Of a DNA stretch of 64,000 bases, positions 60,723-64,000 are shown in pieces; positions within the stretch are counted from its first letter, which is position 1; the number at the start of each line of letters is the position of its first letter. Below the pieces are notes generated by a model, which did no database searches, was not told where the DNA came from, and saw nothing but the letters and a program-made list of their open reading frames with translations. The position numbers and the translations under genes were made by a program. The DNA lies in the NCBI GenBank assembly GCA_012514175.1, contig JAAZAU010000012.1:3479-67478 (forward strand). Direction: 5' to 3'. The DNA is from Parcubacteria group bacterium. GTDB lineage: Bacteria > Patescibacteriota > Minisyncoccia > Phycocordibacterales > WO2-35-19.

Positions 60723-61301
60723 TTAAAAAGGTAACGTGAAGTTTAGAGCCGAAATATCTGAAGGTGTCTCCCAGTCTTTGGTGTCTAATTTAACTTCATT
60801 TAAATTGGGGCCTTCTTTAAAGAAAAGTTTGCCCTCTCTTAATACATATTCGTAGAGATCTTTAGTAATCCTGACATCATCCAAACAGTATTTTTTAACT
60901 TTTTCAACTTCACCATCACGCCACCATTTTATTGCATCTAACCCATGACCGCTTTTGTGAATACCTAAAGTCCCTTCCGCAATTTGATCAAGCTTCATTC
61001 TGCGACCAGCAGCTTTATGCATCTCTTTAAGTAAATCCAAATTTTTAACTTTCAATAAATCTCCCGGATAATATTTGTTTAACAAGGGAACATCAAAATG
61101 ATCACCGTTAAAAGTGATAAACATATCTGCATTTTCAATAATCTTCCAAAGTTCGTTAAACTCTTCAAGAACAAAAGTGCTATATTTATCTTTTTCATAT
61201 TCATAAATACCAACCACCGAAACATCCAAATCGGCTGGATTGTTTGACCCAACTTCTTGAAAAGTATTTAAAGTCTCAACATCAAAAACTACTTTTTTCA
61301 T
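60723..61301 (-). CDS. DEDDy-type 3'-5' exonuclease (RNase H-like fold; PolB-exo/YprB-like)
   Basis: Exo I FDVETLN, Exo II FNGDHFDVPLL, Exo III YCLDDVRITKDLY. Confidence 0.55.
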   Translation of the reverse strand: MKKVVFDVETLNTFQEVGSNNPADLDVSVVGIYEYEKDKYSTFVLEEFNELWKIIENADMFITFNGDHFDVPLLNKYYPGDLLKVKNLDLLKEMHKAAGRRMKLDQIAEGTLGIHKSGHGLDAIKWWRDGEVEKVKKYCLDDVRITKDLYEYVLREGKLFFKEGPNLNEVKLDTKDWETPSDISALNFTLPF

Positions 61302-61316
61302 ATCACTCAGTTAAAT

Positions 61317-62615
61317 TTAAGAATTATCACGAATAACAGAAACAATTTCGTCAATACCACCAGATTTTTCTTTTCTGGTTTCAACATTTCTAATTACAAA
61401 CACTTTTTTTTCTAACTCTTCAGAGCCAATAGTTGTAACAAAAGGAATGCGTCTCTTGTCTAAAGATTTGAGCTGATCGCTTAGTTTGCGTCCTGAAATA
61501 TCAACAGTTACATTTATTTCTTTATCTTTTAATTCGTCAGCAATTTGATAAATTTTGGCCACATCAGCACCGGGCGCAACACAAATGTAAAGGTCTGTTC
61601 TGGATTTTATTTTTGGCAATAATTTGTGAGTTTCCAAAAAATCTTTGGTAGTTACATCACCCATACCAAAACCAATTCCTGACATAGATTGATTAGAGAA
61701 AGAACTTAAAAGATTATCATAACGACCACCGCCAAATATAGCGCGCGGATTTTCAGGATTAGTATCAAAAACTTCAAAGACTACCCCTGTGTAATAATCA
61801 AAACCTCTAGTAATAGTCGGATCAAAAACCACATTAGACACACCTCGGTCTCTCAAGGTTTCAATTGTCTGGTTGAGATGTTTGGTGGCCACACTTTGAT
61901 TCATAGTAGTTAAAAGACCTTCACCAAAATAAAAAGTTTTCAAAAGTTCTTCGGTTTTTTCTTCACCAATTAAAGTTACCAAAGAATGCCTAAAACTTTC
62001 ATCTGACATCTTGTTTTTTTTGTCTATAAGACGATACACAAACTGCACTTTATCTCCATCTATACCGATATTTTTAAAAAGATCATCCAAAAAAGCTCTA
62101 CTGTTTATTTTTATTTTGAAATCTTTATCATCAGCACCAAATTTTCTTAAGATGTCTGAAGCGATAGAAATAACTTCCACTTCTGCCCAAAAATCAGAAA
62201 CCCCAAACATGTCCACATTAAGTTGCCAATGTTCACGTAGACGACCGCGTTGAGGTTTTTCATAGCGAAAAAGGTTAGGAATAGAGAACCAGCGAATTGG
62301 CACTGGTAATTCTTGAATTTTGGAAGCAATCATCCTAGCTACAGTAGGAGTCATTTCTGGGCGTAAAGCCACTTCACGACCACCACGATCATTAAAAGAA
62401 TAGATCTGTTCATTAACTATCTCCTCACTAGTTTTTGATTTATAAAGAGAAAGAGGTTCTAACACCGAAGCCCCATATTCGTCATAACCCCAAGAAATAG
62501 CCACCTTTCTCATCATCCCAAAAATATAATTTTGAATAGCTTGATCCTCAGGAAAAAAATCTCTGACTCCTTTATAACTTTCCGTTGATATTTTTTTATT
62601 ACCAATTCCTAACAT
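61317..62615 (-). CDS. hisS: Histidine--tRNA ligase
   Basis: Class II motifs (RYEKPQRGRLREHWQLNVDMFG) and a C-terminal anticodon-binding domain. Confidence 0.9.
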   Translation of the reverse strand: MLGIGNKKISTESYKGVRDFFPEDQAIQNYIFGMMRKVAISWGYDEYGASVLEPLSLYKSKTSEEIVNEQIYSFNDRGGREVALRPEMTPTVARMIASKIQELPVPIRWFSIPNLFRYEKPQRGRLREHWQLNVDMFGVSDFWAEVEVISIASDILRKFGADDKDFKIKINSRAFLDDLFKNIGIDGDKVQFVYRLIDKKNKMSDESFRHSLVTLIGEEKTEELLKTFYFGEGLLTTMNQSVATKHLNQTIETLRDRGVSNVVFDPTITRGFDYYTGVVFEVFDTNPENPRAIFGGGRYDNLLSSFSNQSMSGIGFGMGDVTTKDFLETHKLLPKIKSRTDLYICVAPGADVAKIYQIADELKDKEINVTVDISGRKLSDQLKSLDKRRIPFVTTIGSEELEKKVFVIRNVETRKEKSGGIDEIVSVIRDNS

Positions 62616-62703
62616 CTCGCCTTCAATTATAGAAGATTTGCTCCAAAATCACAATAAAACATTATTTTGTTTTTGAGACAAAATATGTTATAAATACACA
62701 GTT

Positions 62704-62779
62704 GGGCCGTTAGCTCATTTGGTAGAGCGCCTCATTTGCACTGAGGAGGTGGCGGGTTCGAATCCTGTACGGTCCACCA
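62704..62779 (+). tRNA. tRNA-Ala (anticodon TGC), G3:U70, CCA encoded
   Basis: Acceptor gggccgt/acggtcc with a G3-U70 pair; anticodon loop tttgcac. Confidence 0.85.
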
Positions 62780-62835
62780 CTGGGATTTTTTCAATCATGT
62801 TTCGCCTTGGGAACAGAAAATCTATTCAAAATTAT

Positions 62836-63001
62836 TTTTTGACCGCGACCCAGGAAATCCTGTTCCGGTTAAAAAAATCCTAAAACATTTTGAGAGATTC
62901 GGAAAATACAAACAGCTTGCCGTTCATTACATTTGGGAAGATTTATTTTGGAAACGCAAAAATGAAAAAATCCCGTGGCTAGAAAAAGAAATTCGGCTTT
63001 A
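62836..63001 (+). pseudogene. Possible gene remnant (start-less 55-codon C-terminal fragment ...HYIWEDLFWKRKNEKIPWLEKEIRL*)
   Basis: An open frame with no start codon and moderate GC, lying immediately 3' of tRNA-Ala. Confidence 0.2.
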
Positions 63002-63243
63002 ATTTTTTGCCGATCTTTTCCCTTAGAAAACTGTTCAACAAAACCGAGTCTATTTCAGTTTTTAGGGTTTTCTGCAAAATGGGTTCTGACTTTTTCAAAC
63101 AAACACCACCAAATTGAATTTATCACCTTGTTCGCTGTTCCGCAAAAAAAGTTTTCTTTTCGCTTGATATGTTAATATAATTTCGTTATTATTGTTGCGG
63201 AGTTAATACAGTCTGTCTATTTTCAAACCAAAGGAGCTTTGAG

Positions 63244-63714
63244 TTGCAAGAATTAAAGAAATTTGTTTTTGAAGCGAAACAAGCAGGTTTTGCTCCCGGC
63301 AACCTTGGTATTAAAGAAAGCGATGGTTCCAAGACCATTATTTTTGAGAAAAATGACTGGAAACATCATAGCAACTATTTCGGCGGTGACCCTTATAGTG
63401 GTCGCGAAATTGTTTTATTCAAAGGGAAACCTATCTGGATAATGTTGTATTATGGTTGGGTAATTCTCAACGGTCACTACATCAGCACAAGGAAGATCTA
63501 CAACTGTCTGCGAGAAGCCTTGCTCGCCATTCCAGAAGACGGCCCTTATCGGGGACCACGAACCTTCTATCAGACAGAAACAAAAAATTTGATTTACACA
63601 AATTCTTGGATGGGGGAGATTAGTTGCTTCTCTGGCAAGGAAGCAGTCTACCTAAATGATCAAGCAGTTTACATCGCCACTTATTTGGGTGGCATGATTG
63701 ATCAGAAAAAATAA
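63244..63714 (+). CDS. Hypothetical conserved protein (156 aa), TTG start, elevated GC
   Basis: SD aaaggag 6 nt upstream of the TTG; about 43% GC against a roughly 36% background; no confidently recognisable domain. Confidence 0.45.
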   Translation: MQELKKFVFEAKQAGFAPGNLGIKESDGSKTIIFEKNDWKHHSNYFGGDPYSGREIVLFKGKPIWIMLYYGWVILNGHYISTRKIYNCLREALLAIPEDGPYRGPRTFYQTETKNLIYTNSWMGEISCFSGKEAVYLNDQAVYIATYLGGMIDQKK

Positions 63715-63724
63715 TCCTCAAACC

Positions 63725-63759
63725 GCCCAGAAAGCCGTTGGCTTTCTGGGCAACTTTTA
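63725..63759 (+). terminator. Intrinsic terminator
   Basis: gcccagaaagcc-gttg-ggctttctgggc 12 bp stem + aactttt. Confidence 0.5.
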
Positions 63760-63871
63760 AACACAATCTCTTAAAGTGGTTTAAAAACGGATTGGGTGTT
63801 GTTCTTTATAAAAAATGTTTATTAAAATAGTTTTAAACTATTACAAAAATTTAATTTAATACGTAATAAAA

Positions 63872-64000
63872 ATGAAAAGAGTTTTTTTAACACACGGTTG
63901 GCAAAGTTCACCGGAGAAGGGAATATTACCTTGGCTAAAAACCGAATTAACAAATCGGGAGTTTGAAGTGTTCGCTCTTTCAATGCCTGAACCCGAATAT
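63872..64000 (+). CDS. Alpha/beta-hydrolase (RBBP9/YdeN-like serine hydrolase), 3'-truncated at window edge
   Basis: MKRVFLTHGWQSSPEKGILPWLKTEL... N-terminus typical of the Ser_hydrolase family. Confidence 0.45.
   Translation, partial: MKRVFLTHGWQSSPEKGILPWLKTELTNREFEVFALSMPEPEY

Overview
This is a 64 kb, AT-rich (about 35-38% GC), gene-dense window read in the standard genetic code. It looks like part of a small reduced bacterial genome of the Patescibacteria/CPR (Parcubacteria-like) kind. That placement is an inference from three things: a 16S rRNA with internal insertions and atypical primer-site regions, very short intergenic spacers, and many genes that lack a Shine-Dalgarno sequence. 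Almost everything is housekeeping: rpoB-rpoC, dnaG-rpoD, dnaE, gyrB, rnc, rnhB, rnr, nusB, an SMC-like ATPase, aminoacyl-tRNA synthetases (pheS, thrS, hisS), ribosomal proteins (S1, S2, S16, L25, L31, L32), tsf, prfA and trmD. There is a pentose-phosphate/glycolysis cluster (nrdJ, gap, rpiB, rpe, split transketolase, pfkB kinase, fba) and a lower-glycolysis cluster (eno, ppsA, MOFRL glycerate kinase). Cell-envelope genes include GT1 and GT2 glycosyltransferases, DsbA/thioredoxin-like proteins and a coiled-coil lytic transglycosylase. There is one 16S rRNA gene with no 23S anywhere in the window, and five tRNAs (Thr-TGT, Ile-GAT, Pro-CGG, Leu-CAG, Ala-TGC). No CRISPR array, transposase, integrase or recognisable defence system was found. 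The most unusual locus is a compact, higher-GC two-gene island at about 36.95-37.68 kb, between the 16S gene and tRNA-Ile. Each gene has its own near-consensus extended -10 promoter, strong ribosome-binding site, small ORF and intrinsic terminator. One ORF encodes a small secreted protein and the other a small membrane protein with two predicted transmembrane segments. Other points worth a second look are listed in the findings, including a GC-rich structured intergenic element with its own promoter and terminator, a monomeric mitochondrial-type PheRS, a UvrD-helicase fused to a Cas4/AddB-like nuclease, and a NusB fused to a degenerate Nudix domain.
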